Notes: a model not told the origin generated them from the letters alone. Shown: positions 1 to 8,752, counted from the first letter of the stretch. The stretch: DNA of 24,012 nt from Hormoscilla sp. (GCA_051439505.1 JBFRWI010000170.1:1-24012); one strand, 5' to 3'. Made by a program: numbers and translations.

Positions 1-372
1 GCCGTTCCTTCTGGTGAAAACGACAGCGACACCCTCTCTGGGGGTGCGGGTGCTGACAATTTCCTGTTCAACAGCCCCAACACCGGACTGGACATCATCA
101 CCGACTTCGTAGGGAACGAAGACCGCATCGGCATATCTGTAGAAGGATTTGGCAGCGGTTTGCAAGGGACGGGAACCGTACCCGAGTTACTAGATCCGAC
201 TCAGTTCATCGTCGCAACAACTGCAACTTCTCCAGAACACCGATTGATCTACAATGAAACGAATGGGAACCTGTTGTTCGATGCAGACGGGAATGGTAGC
301 GCTGAGGCAGTAGTGATAGTGACATTAGCAGGAAACACCTTAATTTCCGCAGGGGATATCCTGCTGTTTTAG
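1..372 (+). CDS. C-terminal part of an RTX/hemolysin-type calcium-binding protein (5' partial)
   Basis: Frame 1 is open from base 1: ...NDSDTLSGGAGADNFLFNSPNTGLDIITDF...LIYNETNGNLLFDADGNGS...TLISAGDILLF*. It has a GGxGxD nonapeptide, a DxITDF motif and a typical cyanobacterial T1SS-substrate tail. Confidence 0.85.
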   Translation, partial: AVPSGENDSDTLSGGAGADNFLFNSPNTGLDIITDFVGNEDRIGISVEGFGSGLQGTGTVPELLDPTQFIVATTATSPEHRLIYNETNGNLLFDADGNGSAEAVVIVTLAGNTLISAGDILLF

Positions 373-395
373 TCAATCAGATCGCCAAAATAAAT

Positions 396-681
396 GTAGG
401 GGCACGGCATCCACAAATGATCGGTAAAGGCGATCGCGTTATTACCGCCGTGCCCCGGCCCGCAGGCGATCTCCAAATATCCGGTCTACCCCGCAAGCGA
501 TCGCAATAACGATGGTGTCCGGGGCACGGCGTTATTTAATTTATTTAATTCCCCGATAATTAATGGATGCCGTGCCCCTACAAGGATACATTTATTTGCG
601 ATCGGGGCAGAAGTCATGGCAGGGGATGTTATGCTGTTATAGTTAGCGGATGGTGGGCGATGCCCACCCTACATTATATTA
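396..681. repeat. Composite REP/REPIN-like repeat block, copy A
   Basis: Two GGGGCACGGC...GCCGTGCCCC inverted pairs (396-456, 521-581) plus GGTGGGCGATGCCCACCCTAC (652-672). The block is collinear with 3669-3968. Confidence 0.8.
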
Positions 682-699
682 GGAAAATAAACCTGTGAG

Positions 700-774
700 C
701 GATCGCGTCCATTTATGCCAGGAAGAAGAGCCTCAACCAGGGGTGACCGGGGAGACCCCGGTCACCAGAAAAAA
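700..774 (+). repeat. 75-bp hairpin repeat, copy 1
   Basis: Direct repeat of 1669-1743 with 4 mismatches. Contains the 11-bp stem GGTGACCGGGG-AGA-CCCCGGTCACC at 742-766. Confidence 0.9.
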
Positions 775-831
775 TGGTGCCAGATATGAGTCGAATATGT
801 TACCATAATACCATACTGAGCTAGAAAAAAG

Positions 832-1167
832 ATGACACCTTTAGTTCCCACATTATCTTTATCCGCCGGGTTAACCCAGGAGTTAGCTGTCTTGACTGAA
901 ACAGGTTTGTATGACAGCCAAGAAGATTTTATCGCAGATGCGGTGCGGACTTTTTTGGCAGCTAGACCCGATCTGCGAGAGGCGATCGCCTGTAAACTAT
1001 ACGAACGGGGCGTGTTTTCTCTCGGTCGTGCGGCAGAATGGAGCGGTCTTGATATTGAAGCGATGAAACAAGCACTCGATCGGTGGGGAGTCGTCCGCCA
1101 GGCATTCGAGACAAGCGATCGGATAGAAGCAATGGCTCATAATACTCTCAAAGCAGCAGGAAGATGA
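832..1167 (+). CDS. UPF0175-family antitoxin-like protein with an N-terminal RHH-like segment
   Basis: GLYDSQEDFIADAVR followed by AIACKLYERGVFSLGRAAEWSGLD (UPF0175 'LY..G..SLG.AAE..G' motif). ATGA overlap with the downstream PIN gene. Confidence 0.8.
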   Translation: MTPLVPTLSLSAGLTQELAVLTETGLYDSQEDFIADAVRTFLAARPDLREAIACKLYERGVFSLGRAAEWSGLDIEAMKQALDRWGVVRQAFETSDRIEAMAHNTLKAAGR

Positions 1168-1649
1168 ACCTTACTATTATCCTAGATACTGACTTTCTCA
1201 GTGCCTTTCTGAAAATAGAGCGTCTACCGTTGATTAGAGAATTATATCAAGTGGAAGCGCTCTACATTCCCGCAGCAGTGTACCAAGAAGTGGCTGCGGG
1301 AGAACAGCTCCCCCGCCTGCTAGCTGTCTCTTGGATGCAAGTAGTTTACCCTAATCCAGAACAATTGTTGTTTAATTATGATGCCTTAAGAGGTCTAGGT
1401 GCAGGAGAAAAAGAAGCGATCGCACTGGCTTTAGAAATGCAGAGTTCTGTGCTATTGAGCAATGATAATCAGGCTCGACGCATTGCGACTAGCCTTGGCG
1501 TGAATGTGGCGAACATACCGGCGTTTCTTTTAGCCTGTAAGATTGCCGGATTACTGAATTCGGAGGCAATGGGTGACTTAATTACTTCTTTGCAGGAGAA
1601 AGATTACTATCGGTTCCGTCAGGATGTGCTGGACTTGCTGATGTCCTAA
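1164..1649 (+). CDS. PIN-domain toxin, DUF3368-like
   Basis: IILDTD, IPAAVYQEV, LGAGEKEAIALA and LLSNDNQARRIA motifs. Confidence 0.85.
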   Translation: MNLTIILDTDFLSAFLKIERLPLIRELYQVEALYIPAAVYQEVAAGEQLPRLLAVSWMQVVYPNPEQLLFNYDALRGLGAGEKEAIALALEMQSSVLLSNDNQARRIATSLGVNVANIPAFLLACKIAGLLNSEAMGDLITSLQEKDYYRFRQDVLDLLMS

Positions 1650-1668
1650 TCAAAGAGGTAAGTTTCGT

Positions 1669-1743
1669 CGATCGCATCCATTTCTGCCAGGAGGCAGAGC
1701 CTCAACCAGGGGTGACCGGGGAGACCCCGGTCACCAGAAAAAA
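1669..1743 (+). repeat. 75-bp hairpin repeat, copy 2
   Basis: Direct repeat of 700-774 at offset 969. Hairpin at 1711-1735. Confidence 0.9.
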
Positions 1744-1763
1744 CAAAAAGAGAGAATAAATTT

Positions 1764-1976
1764 ATGATGAGTCAAGAAATCGCCGAAGGCTCTTTGGGCC
1801 TGGAAGCACGAGTCACCACCTTAGAAACAGAACTGGCACAAATGAAACAGTTGCTATCTAAAACCCTTGGAAAGCAGAGCCCTTGGTGGTTAAATGTTGC
1901 CGGTAGCTTCCAAAACGATCCTACCTTTGATGAAGCAATTCGCTGCGGACAAGAATGGCGTCAGGAAGCTGAATAA
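1764..1976 (+). CDS. Putative antitoxin (VapB role), coiled-coil N-terminus
   Basis: LEARVTTLETELAQMKQ...PWWLNVAGSFQNDPTFDEAIRCGQEWRQ. This pattern is typical of small proteins upstream of cyanobacterial vapC; it ends 16 bp before the vapC ATG. Confidence 0.7.
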   Translation: MMSQEIAEGSLGLEARVTTLETELAQMKQLLSKTLGKQSPWWLNVAGSFQNDPTFDEAIRCGQEWRQEAE

Positions 1977-1992
1977 ATTTGGTGATAGTGCA

Positions 1993-2528
1993 ATGTACAT
2001 TCTCGATACCGACCATCTGAGTCTCATCCAGCGTAACGGACAAGAAGGAAAGCGCATCCTCGCAAAACTAGCTACCATCGAAGCGCCCGTAGAAGTCGCA
2101 GTTACGGTGATTACCTATGAGGAGCAAGTAAGGGGTCGCCTTAAGCAATTCAAAATTCAAAATTTGAAATTCAAAATTGGGAAAGTCATTGATAGCAAGG
2201 GTTTCAGCATTTGGATCCATGCAATTTAAATGCGCGACAGCTTAGTGTTATATCTAAGGCAAAAACTCCCGACGAACAAGTTGCTGCCTATCAAGGATTA
2301 CAACAACTTGCGCTTGACTACTATTCCATACCAATTGTCCCGTTTTGCCGTACCGCCGCTATCGAGTATCAACGCTTACGAAAAACCTATCGTCGTTTAG
2401 GGAGTAAGGATTTGAAAATAGCGGCGATCGTGCTGACAAACAATGCCATATTACTCACCCGAAACGAATCAGATTTTGTCCAAATCGTCGAATTACAAAC
2501 AGAGGACTGGTCAAGGGTTATTTTGTAG
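1993..2528 (+). pseudogene. vapC: vapC PIN toxin interrupted by a 99-bp insertion
   Basis: MYILDTDHLS...TYEEQVRGRL | SVISKAK...DLKIAAIVLTNNAILLTRNESDF...EDWS. Removing 2144-2244 restores a 144-aa ORF. Confidence 0.88.
2144..2242. mobile_element. Small non-autonomous insertion (MITE-like) with TA target duplication
   Basis: Flanked by TA at 2142-2143 and 2243-2244. Ends are AGCAATT... and ...CAATTTAAATGCGCGACAGCT; it contains TCAAAAT heptamers. Confidence 0.8.
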
Positions 2529-2573
2529 TTATTTTGTAGGGTGGGCACCGCCCACCATTACTCTCGTTACCCT

Positions 2574-2621
2574 CGTTCCCAGGGTCTCCCTGGGAACGCT
2601 CACGACTAGGCTCTGCCTCCA
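2574..2621 (-). repeat. Inverted, diverged member of the 700/1669 hairpin repeat family
   Basis: The reverse complement reads GGAGGCAGAGCCT...CGTTCCCAGGG-AGA-CCCTGGGAACG, with the same layout and an 11-bp stem. Confidence 0.75.
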
Positions 2622-2673
2622 GGGTAACTACATTATATTAGAGTTAGGAAAATCAACTAGCAGGAGAGAGCAA

Positions 2674-2922
2674 ATGCTTACTTATGAAGAGGTACTGTCT
2701 GAAGTTAAACGCCTCCCGTTCCCAGATCAAACTCGGTTGCTGGACGAATTAACAACAATAGTTCGTCTCCCGGTCGAAGTTGAAGGTGACTCAGAAGAAC
2801 TTATCCCGCCCGAAGAGATCGCAGAAAGCGAAGCAGCATGGCAGGATTACCGACGCGGTCGCGATCGGGGTATATCTTCAAAAGAACTCAAAAAGAAGTT
2901 GTTTGGAGAAAAAAAAGGCTGA
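2674..2922 (+). CDS. Putative antitoxin of a RelE/ParE module (82 aa)
   Basis: AGGAG lies upstream of ATG 2674. MLTYEEVLSEVKRLPFPDQTRLLDEL...EEIAESEAAWQDYRRGRDRGISSKELKKKL. It overlaps the relE relic. Confidence 0.75.
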   Translation: MLTYEEVLSEVKRLPFPDQTRLLDELTTIVRLPVEVEGDSEELIPPEEIAESEAAWQDYRRGRDRGISSKELKKKLFGEKKG

Positions 2923-3167
2923 TTACATTTTACCCTAAGCAGCAGAACGCTACTTAGAGCGAATGCAACCAGAGGAGCAAGTGCGTATTGTTAATGCTTT
3001 GGATGCTTTAATTACCGATTCAGAAATGCTTGATATTAAACCTCTTAAAGGTCGTCGGAGAGTTACGGTTGCGGGTGGGGAAATATCGGGTGCTGTTTTT
3101 CGAGGACATAAAGAACGAGTTATATACTGTAACTCAAATTGGTCCGCGTGGGGATGTTTACAAATAG
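2915..3167 (+). pseudogene. RelE/ParE-family toxin pseudogene
   Basis: Pieces AAERYLERMQPEEQVRIVNALD...DIKPLKGR and ELRLRVGKYRVLFFED...VTQIGPRGDVYK* lie in two frames (frameshift near 3059). AAG sits at the expected ATG (2915) and there is an in-frame TAA at 2936. Confidence 0.85.
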
Positions 3168-3182
3168 GTGCGATCGCATAAT

Positions 3183-3738
3183 TTGTGCCCAGACAGTCCC
3201 TCGTCTAAACCGCCGGGGCACGGCAATAGATAGATTTTGGTTGTTCTCCTGATGTTATGGATGCCGTGCCCCTACTGCCCTGTTGATGTCAAATTGTGAA
3301 TTGACAATTAACAATTGTCAATTGTCCTGTCGGATGGCGATCGATCGTCCAATATCATGTAGGGGCACAGCGCCAGCGTATCAACATATTTTCGGTAAAG
3401 ATGATAATGTTATTACCGCCGTGCCCCGGCCACATGCGATCGCCCAATATCCTGGATGCCAGGGAAACATGCGATCGCCTAATTAAAATTGTGCCCAGAT
3501 AGTCCCTCGTCTAAACCGCCGGGGCACGGCAATAGATAGATTTTGGTTGTTCTCCTGATGTTATGGATGCCGTGCCCCTACTGCCCTGTTGATGTCAAAT
3601 TGTGAATTGATAATTGTTAATTGTCAAATGTCCTGTCCCATGGCGATCGATCGCCCAATATCGGTTCCGGGGCACAGCGCCAGCGTATCAACATATTTTC
3701 GGTAAAGATGATAAGGTTACTAGCGCCGTGCCCCGGCC
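3183..3738. repeat. Tandem duplication (period 306 bp) of a REPIN-rich unit
   Basis: 3183-3430 is nearly identical to 3489-3738. Each unit has two GGGGCAC...GTGCCCC pairs and an AATTG heptamer tract. Confidence 0.88.
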
Positions 3739-3968
3739 CGCAGGAGATCGCCAAATATCCGGTCTACACCCCAGGCGATCGCACGACGATGATGCTGTCC
3801 GGGGCACAAGTTATTTAATTGATTTAAATACCCGATAATTAATGGATACGCGCGACCCTGTGCCCCGACATCGATACATTGATTTGCGATCGGGGCACAA
3901 GCATGGCAGGGAATATTCTGCTGTTATAGTCAGCTAATGGTGGGCGATGCCCACCCTACATTATATTA
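3669..3968. repeat. Composite REP/REPIN-like repeat block, copy B
   Basis: Collinear with 399-681 (ccggcccgcagg...ccaaatatccggtctac...gttatttaatt...cgataattaatggat...tttgcgatcggggca...tgctgttatagt...ggtgggcgatgcccaccctacattatatta). Confidence 0.85.
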
Positions 3969-4003
3969 AAGTTGTTTGGAAAAAAAGGCGATCGGGTAAT
4001 CTC

Positions 4004-4579
4004 TTACCAAATAGGTTCGAGATTGAGGACAAAACCCGGGAGAACATTTTCTCCCGATAAAGTCACGGGATTTTCAATTACTTCCACCTCTTGACCCGGG
4101 CGATAAATTTCTACTTGCTTGGTTCTGCGATTAATTAACCAACCCAAACTCATCCCATTATCCCGGTATTCTCTCATTTTTGACTGGGTCGCAGGCAAGC
4201 TATCACTGGGGGAAAGCAACTCCACGATAAAATCAGGGCAAAGATGGGGAAATCTCTGTTGTTCCGAAATCGTCAAGCTATCCCAGCGTTCCCGTCTCAC
4301 CCACGCAGCATCCGGCGATCGATCGGCCCCCGAAGGCAGCTTAAAACCTCCAGATGAATCGAATGCCACCCCCGTCCCATCTGCATCCGCCCAATTAAAT
4401 AACTGCTGAGTCAATCTGCCATTGCGGTTGCTGGTTTCTCCTCCAGTCGGGGACATGATAATTAATTCTCCTGTTACATTGCGTTCTAGTCTGAGATTCT
4501 TATTTGACAGACATAGCTGAAAAAACTCTTCATCTGTCAGTTTCATTACCGGGTTGACGTTTAAGGTTAAAGCAGTCAT
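4004..4579 (-). CDS. Uma2-family (PD-(D/E)xK) endonuclease
   Basis: LERNVTGELIIMSPTGG, RSPDAAWV, PDFIVELLSPSD, KMREY..NG..LGWLI. Confidence 0.93.
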   Translation of the reverse strand: MTALTLNVNPVMKLTDEEFFQLCLSNKNLRLERNVTGELIIMSPTGGETSNRNGRLTQQLFNWADADGTGVAFDSSGGFKLPSGADRSPDAAWVRRERWDSLTISEQQRFPHLCPDFIVELLSPSDSLPATQSKMREYRDNGMSLGWLINRRTKQVEIYRPGQEVEVIENPVTLSGENVLPGFVLNLEPIW

Positions 4580-4594
4580 GTCGATTCTAGTAAA

Positions 4595-5209
4595 TTATCT
4601 ATCGTTTATTATATCATGTTTAGGTTGCAGTTTAGCCGCAAAAATTTGAGCAGCAGTCAGCTTAAGAGTCGGAAAAGTTGGCGAAGCAATCAACTCATCA
4701 CCTTGATAGGAAGTTGCATCATAGAACTGATTTTCCAGGATACAGATGACGATCGTCTGTTCCAGGGGGTCTACAATCCAATATTCAGGGATTTCCAGGA
4801 GTCCGTATTCAGATCGTTTGGAGCGATAATCGTCAGTGCTAGTTGATGGGCTGACAACTTCGACTACCAGAAAAGGGGGTGGTTCATTCAGATCGATAAT
4901 AGCCTCTCTTTCGGCTAAATCATCCCACTGGGTCTGGGACAAAACCGTCACATCAGGAATACGGGATGTATCCCAGCTTCTGCCACGAGGAGAACGAACC
5001 CCCACTAAAGCAGGTAAAGGAACCCAGGGCCGCCCCGAATCAGCGATTACATCCTCAAATTTATGTACGAGGTAACGGATGATGGCCCCGTGCTTGCCGG
5101 TCCCCAAACCCATAGGTACGAGTTCTCCATCCACCAGTTCATAACGACGGTCAGTACCATCGTCATAGGTGAGATATTCCGAAAAGGTGAGGCTCAGTGT
5201 AATGGTCAT
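4595..5209 (-). CDS. Uma2-family endonuclease
   Basis: RYELVDGELVPM, RIPDVTVL, PFLVVEVVSPS, KRSEYGLLEIPEYWIVDP. Start placed at ATG 5209, downstream of the psaC terminator. Confidence 0.92.
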   Translation of the reverse strand: MTITLSLTFSEYLTYDDGTDRRYELVDGELVPMGLGTGKHGAIIRYLVHKFEDVIADSGRPWVPLPALVGVRSPRGRSWDTSRIPDVTVLSQTQWDDLAEREAIIDLNEPPPFLVVEVVSPSTSTDDYRSKRSEYGLLEIPEYWIVDPLEQTIVICILENQFYDATSYQGDELIASPTFPTLKLTAAQIFAAKLQPKHDIINDR

Positions 5210-5245
5210 AGGGCTGTGGCAACCGCGATCGATTTCACCTGCATG

Positions 5246-5273
5246 ACAAAACAGGGGGAGCGAATGCTCCCCC
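5246..5273 (-). terminator. Intrinsic terminator of psaC
   Basis: 8-bp stem GGGGGAGC/GCTCCCCC (5254-5273) followed on the minus strand by TGTTTTGT. Confidence 0.65.
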
Positions 5274-5306
5274 AACCGATGCCAGTATTATCCTTATCCT
5301 ATGTTT

Positions 5307-5570
<264 letters not shown>

Positions 5571-5766
5571 CTAAAAACACGACGGTAGTGTCGATTCGAC
5601 AGGGTCACTCGTTAGTTTACCGCAACCCGCGAGCGGTGGGATCCCATTATGAGAAAAAAGTTTAAATAACTTGACATTTGCGCTGGCGGTCGGTACAGTC
5701 ATCTGCGGTGAAAAGCAGACATGCTTGTATACAGAAGCAATATAGTCGGTGACTGGTGGAGCAGCA

Positions 5767-7131
5767 ATGGTAGCAGTAGCAATTCTAGCGGCTGGACGGG
5801 GGACGCGCATGAAGTCCCAACTGCCGAAGGTTTTACATGCCCTGGCGGGCCGTACCCTCATTGCCCGGGTACTGGACAGCAGTCGAAAGCTGTCGGCCAA
5901 GCACCGTCTGGTGATTGTCGGTTATCGGGGAGATTTGGTCAAGCAGTCCCTTTCTGACTATCGGGACCTGGAGTTTGTCGAACAGACTCAGCAGTTGGGG
6001 ACTGGTCATGCCATTCAACAATTATTACCCCACTTGCAGGACTTCACCGGCGATCTGGTGGTTCTGAACGGGGACGTGCCTTTATTGCGACCGGAAACGA
6101 TTCAGCAGCTGGTGGCAATCCATCAGGCACGTCAGAATGCCGCCACTATTCTAACGGCCCAGATTCCCAATCCGAAAGGATACGGTCGGGTGTTTTGCGA
6201 CCAGGACAATGTTCTGCAACAAATTGTCGAAGACCGAGATTGCACGACGGCCCAGCGGCAAAATCGCCGGGTTAATGCTGGGGTCTACTGTTTCAACTGG
6301 CAAAAGCTGGCAGGGGTGCTACCTCAGTTGCAGTCGCAAAATGACCAGCAGGAGTATTATCTGACGGATGCTTGTAGCTTGATGCATCCGGTGATGGCGA
6401 TGGATGTGGAAGATTATCAAGAGATTTTCGGCATCAATGACCGCAAGCAGTTGGCCACAGCCTATGATATCTTGCAAGACCGGGTGAAGGATGAGTGGAT
6501 GGCCCAGGGGGTGACCCTGGTTAACCCCGATAGCATTACCATTGACGATACCGTGCGCATCGGGTCAGATGTGATTATCGAACCACAAACCCATCTGCGC
6601 GGCGATACAGTGATTCAGTCGGGGAGTCGCATTGGACCGGGTAGCTTGATCGAGAATAGTCAGATTGGTGAAAATGTCACGGTGCTGTACTCGGTGGTGA
6701 CCGATAGCATAGTCAAGGCGGGGACTCGTGTCGGTCCTTATGCTCATCTGCGGGGTCACGCGGAGGTGGGAGAGTCCTGTCGTCTGGGTAATTTTGTCGA
6801 ACTCAAGAATACTAAGGTGGGCGATCGCACCAGTGTAGCCCACCTTAGTTATCTGGGGGATGCAGGAGTCGGGGAACGAGTTAATATCGGTGCTGGGACA
6901 ATTACTGCTAACTACGATGGGGTGAAAAAGCATCGCACCGAGATCGGCGATCGCTCGAAAACCGGTTCCAATAGCGTGTTGGTTGCCCCCGTGACCTTGG
7001 GGAAAGACGTGACGGTAGCAGCGGGTTCTGTAGTGACAGAAGATGTGGGGGATGATGCCTTAGTCATAGCCCGATCGCGTCAAGTAGTGAAACCGGGTTG
7101 GCGGTTGCAGGCAAAAGATGAAAGCAAATAG
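5767..7131 (+). CDS. glmU: Bifunctional UDP-GlcNAc pyrophosphorylase / GlcN-1-P acetyltransferase
   Basis: [36 protein letters not shown], hexapeptide repeats, [21 protein letters not shown]. Confidence 0.98.
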   Translation: MVAVAILAAGRGTRMKSQLPKVLHALAGRTLIARVLDSSRKLSAKHRLVIVGYRGDLVKQSLSDYRDLEFVEQTQQLGTGHAIQQLLPHLQDFTGDLVVLNGDVPLLRPETIQQLVAIHQARQNAATILTAQIPNPKGYGRVFCDQDNVLQQIVEDRDCTTAQRQNRRVNAGVYCFNWQKLAGVLPQLQSQNDQQEYYLTDACSLMHPVMAMDVEDYQEIFGINDRKQLATAYDILQDRVKDEWMAQGVTLVNPDSITIDDTVRIGSDVIIEPQTHLRGDTVIQSGSRIGPGSLIENSQIGENVTVLYSVVTDSIVKAGTRVGPYAHLRGHAEVGESCRLGNFVELKNTKVGDRTSVAHLSYLGDAGVGERVNIGAGTITANYDGVKKHRTEIGDRSKTGSNSVLVAPVTLGKDVTVAAGSVVTEDVGDDALVIARSRQVVKPGWRLQAKDESK

Positions 7132-7169
7132 TTGTCGATCTCCTGGAATATCTGTTATTGTAGTTATTG

Positions 7170-7484
7170 TAGGTTGGGTTGAGGCACGAAACCCAACAGT
7201 TGGATTTCCCTGACGTTCTAGATGGGGAAATAAAGGTTTAATTGGTGGGTAATTACCCGGATGAATATGAGTTTTTGAAGTCAGATAATGATTGAGGTAG
7301 AGTCAAAACTGGTAACATTAAATGGCATCACTTGGGAGCAGTTCCAAGGAATAGCAGCAGAGTTAGAGAACAACCGAAATGTCAGACTGAACTATCCGAC
7401 CAATACAAGGCCGTGAACGAATTCCTACAGGCGATCGGAAATGGTTAATGTTAGTAGGTTGGGTTTCGTGAGGAAACCCAACCT
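7170..7484. repeat. Two GTAGGTTGGGTT...AACCCAAC REP-like hairpins (about 7170-7198 and 7454-7484)
   Basis: GTAGGTTGGGTTGAGGCACGAAACCCAAC and GTAGGTTGGGTTTCGTGAGGAAACCCAACCTA flank a Uma2 relic. Confidence 0.7.
7288..7448 (+). pseudogene. Internally deleted Uma2-family gene (N- and C-termini only)
   Basis: MIEVESKLVTLNGITWEQFQGIAAELENNRNVRLNY (Uma2-type N-terminus) is joined out of frame near 7396 to DQYKAVNEFLQAIGNG* (Uma2-type C-terminal helix). Confidence 0.65.
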
Positions 7485-7499
7485 AAGATAGCAGAGCGC

Positions 7500-7545
7500 A
7501 ATTGTTAATAGCAATTAACAATTAGCAATTAACAATTGACAATTA
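7500..7545. repeat. STRR-type heptamer tract (CAATTAA/CAATTAG)
   Basis: gcaattaacaattagcaattaacaattgacaatt. Confidence 0.7.
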
Positions 7546-8442
7546 TCCTAAGTTTGTCGATGCCCACAGGACTAAAGGGAGAGTGAAAAAACTCATCAGG
7601 GTAGAAACAACAACAGTTCGGGCGGCACGGGGTGCATCTCCTCCAAACTCGGTGACTAACACAACCGTATTCACTGCCGTCGGCATGGCCAAATCCAACA
7701 CCAAAACTTGCACATCTAACCCATCCATGTGCAGCAAATAGCGACCGACAAGATAGGCAATTAAAGGCGATACTAGCAAGCGCAGGGCAGCAGCACTCGC
7801 TTCATAAATCCCCACAGCAAAGCGAGTGCTAGCTAATTGCATCCCCAGAATAACCAAGGCAATGGGGATAGATGAATACCCTAACATTTCCACACCTTTA
7901 TCCAGTTGCCAGGGGAGTTCGATCGCGAAAAGTCGCAGGATTAATCCGGTCAGCATTGCCCAAACTAGAGGTAGCTTGAATGTTAAACGCACCCCAGCAA
8001 GAAAACCACCTCCCTTGAGCAAGGCGGGACCTGCACAAAATAATATTATACTGGCCGCTATCAGGCAAACAATGGCTCTTTCCAGTCCGGGTTCTCCTAA
8101 AGCAAAGGTAATGAAAGGAAGACCGAAATTGCCTGTATTGGGAAACACGGTGCTAGCAATCAGGCTTTTCTGGACTGGTGGCGATAATTTGCAGAGTTTG
8201 CCCAATCCCTGAGCCGTCAGGTAAACTAGCCAAGAGGTAATTGCAAACCCAGCAATCAAAAGGGCGGTGCTTTCGGCAGATAAGGTTGTATTGTACAGGT
8301 TGGAGACAATTAAGGCTGGTGAGAGGATGTAGATGCTTAGTTGAGAAAGGGTTTGCTTCTCTAGGGCCAAGGTGCGACCAGCGATGAAACCAATGATAAT
8401 GATAAAGCCGATAGGAACTAGAGCAGGTAAAATAACAGTCAT
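7543..8442 (-). CDS. AEC (auxin efflux carrier) family transporter, paralogue 1
   Basis: IYILSPALI, FPNTGNFGLPF...ALG, IPIALVILG, AMPTAVNT, STLMSFFTLP; multi-pass hydrophobic. ATG 8442 aligns with the paralogue start. Confidence 0.92.
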   Translation of the reverse strand: MTVILPALVPIGFIIIIGFIAGRTLALEKQTLSQLSIYILSPALIVSNLYNTTLSAESTALLIAGFAITSWLVYLTAQGLGKLCKLSPPVQKSLIASTVFPNTGNFGLPFITFALGEPGLERAIVCLIAASIILFCAGPALLKGGGFLAGVRLTFKLPLVWAMLTGLILRLFAIELPWQLDKGVEMLGYSSIPIALVILGMQLASTRFAVGIYEASAAALRLLVSPLIAYLVGRYLLHMDGLDVQVLVLDLAMPTAVNTVVLVTEFGGDAPRAARTVVVSTLMSFFTLPLVLWASTNLG

Positions 8443-8487
8443 GCGATCGCGCCCCAATGAAAACATCTTGTATATGTTAAACTAGAA

Positions 8488-8645
8488 TATAGCAGTTCTC
8501 ATCCTTTGTGTGATATGCGATTGGTGAGATTGCTTCGGGGGGGGGGGTTAATGCATAAAGCATAAGTTGATCGCGGTTATCCCCCCCTCGCAATGACAAA
8601 TAGGCGATTCTATTATATACCACATAAATGCATTCGAGATTCGCA
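8488..8645. mobile_element. Degraded MITE-like insertion with a nested GAGATTGCTTCG...CTCGCAATGACA repeat
   Basis: Begins TATAGCAGTTCTC at the point where homology to 12019-12080 breaks. It contains a G11 run (8537-8547) and a C7 run (8581-8587). The right end is degenerate. Confidence 0.5.
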
Positions 8646-8661
8646 AGATCTCACCCATTCA

Positions 8662-8739
8662 TATTATCCCATCGTAATTGTCCGATCTGGATTTAGCGGT
8701 ATGGTGGCCGCCCGCTCGCAGTGCTGGTCGCCACAACTA
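8662..8739 (+). pseudogene. Relic of the 5' end of the NDH-2 gene at 12105
   Basis: ttatcccatcgtaattgtccgatctggatttagcggtatggtggccgcccgctcg-cagtgctgg-cgccacaactac aligns with 12122-12224, with two deletions. Confidence 0.8.
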
Positions 8740-8752
8740 CTAGAGAAAGCAA

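Noticed and set aside
1894..2528. ORFs 1894-2229 and 2211-2528 as two genes, or a programmed frameshift
   Set aside because: They are halves of one vapC separated by an insertion with a TA duplication.
2443..2673. N-terminal extension of the 2443-2922 ORF
   Set aside because: It overlaps vapC and translates repeat hairpins. The RBS supports ATG 2674.
3283..3838. ORFs 3283-3486, 3614-3838 and 3621-3818
   Set aside because: They lie wholly within repeat DNA and have no RBS or family motif.
3170..3968. CRISPR array
   Set aside because: The repeats are inverted doublets with duplicated, non-unique spacers and irregular period, and there are no cas genes. This fits REP/REPIN elements.
700..3968. 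Bona fide integron
   Set aside because: No intI-type tyrosine recombinase is present, and I could not identify the attC RYYYAAC/GTTRRRY boxes. Kept only as a cassette-like hypothesis.
5210..5275. Upstream start for the second Uma2 gene
   Set aside because: The extension crosses the psaC terminator hairpin and is not Uma2-like.
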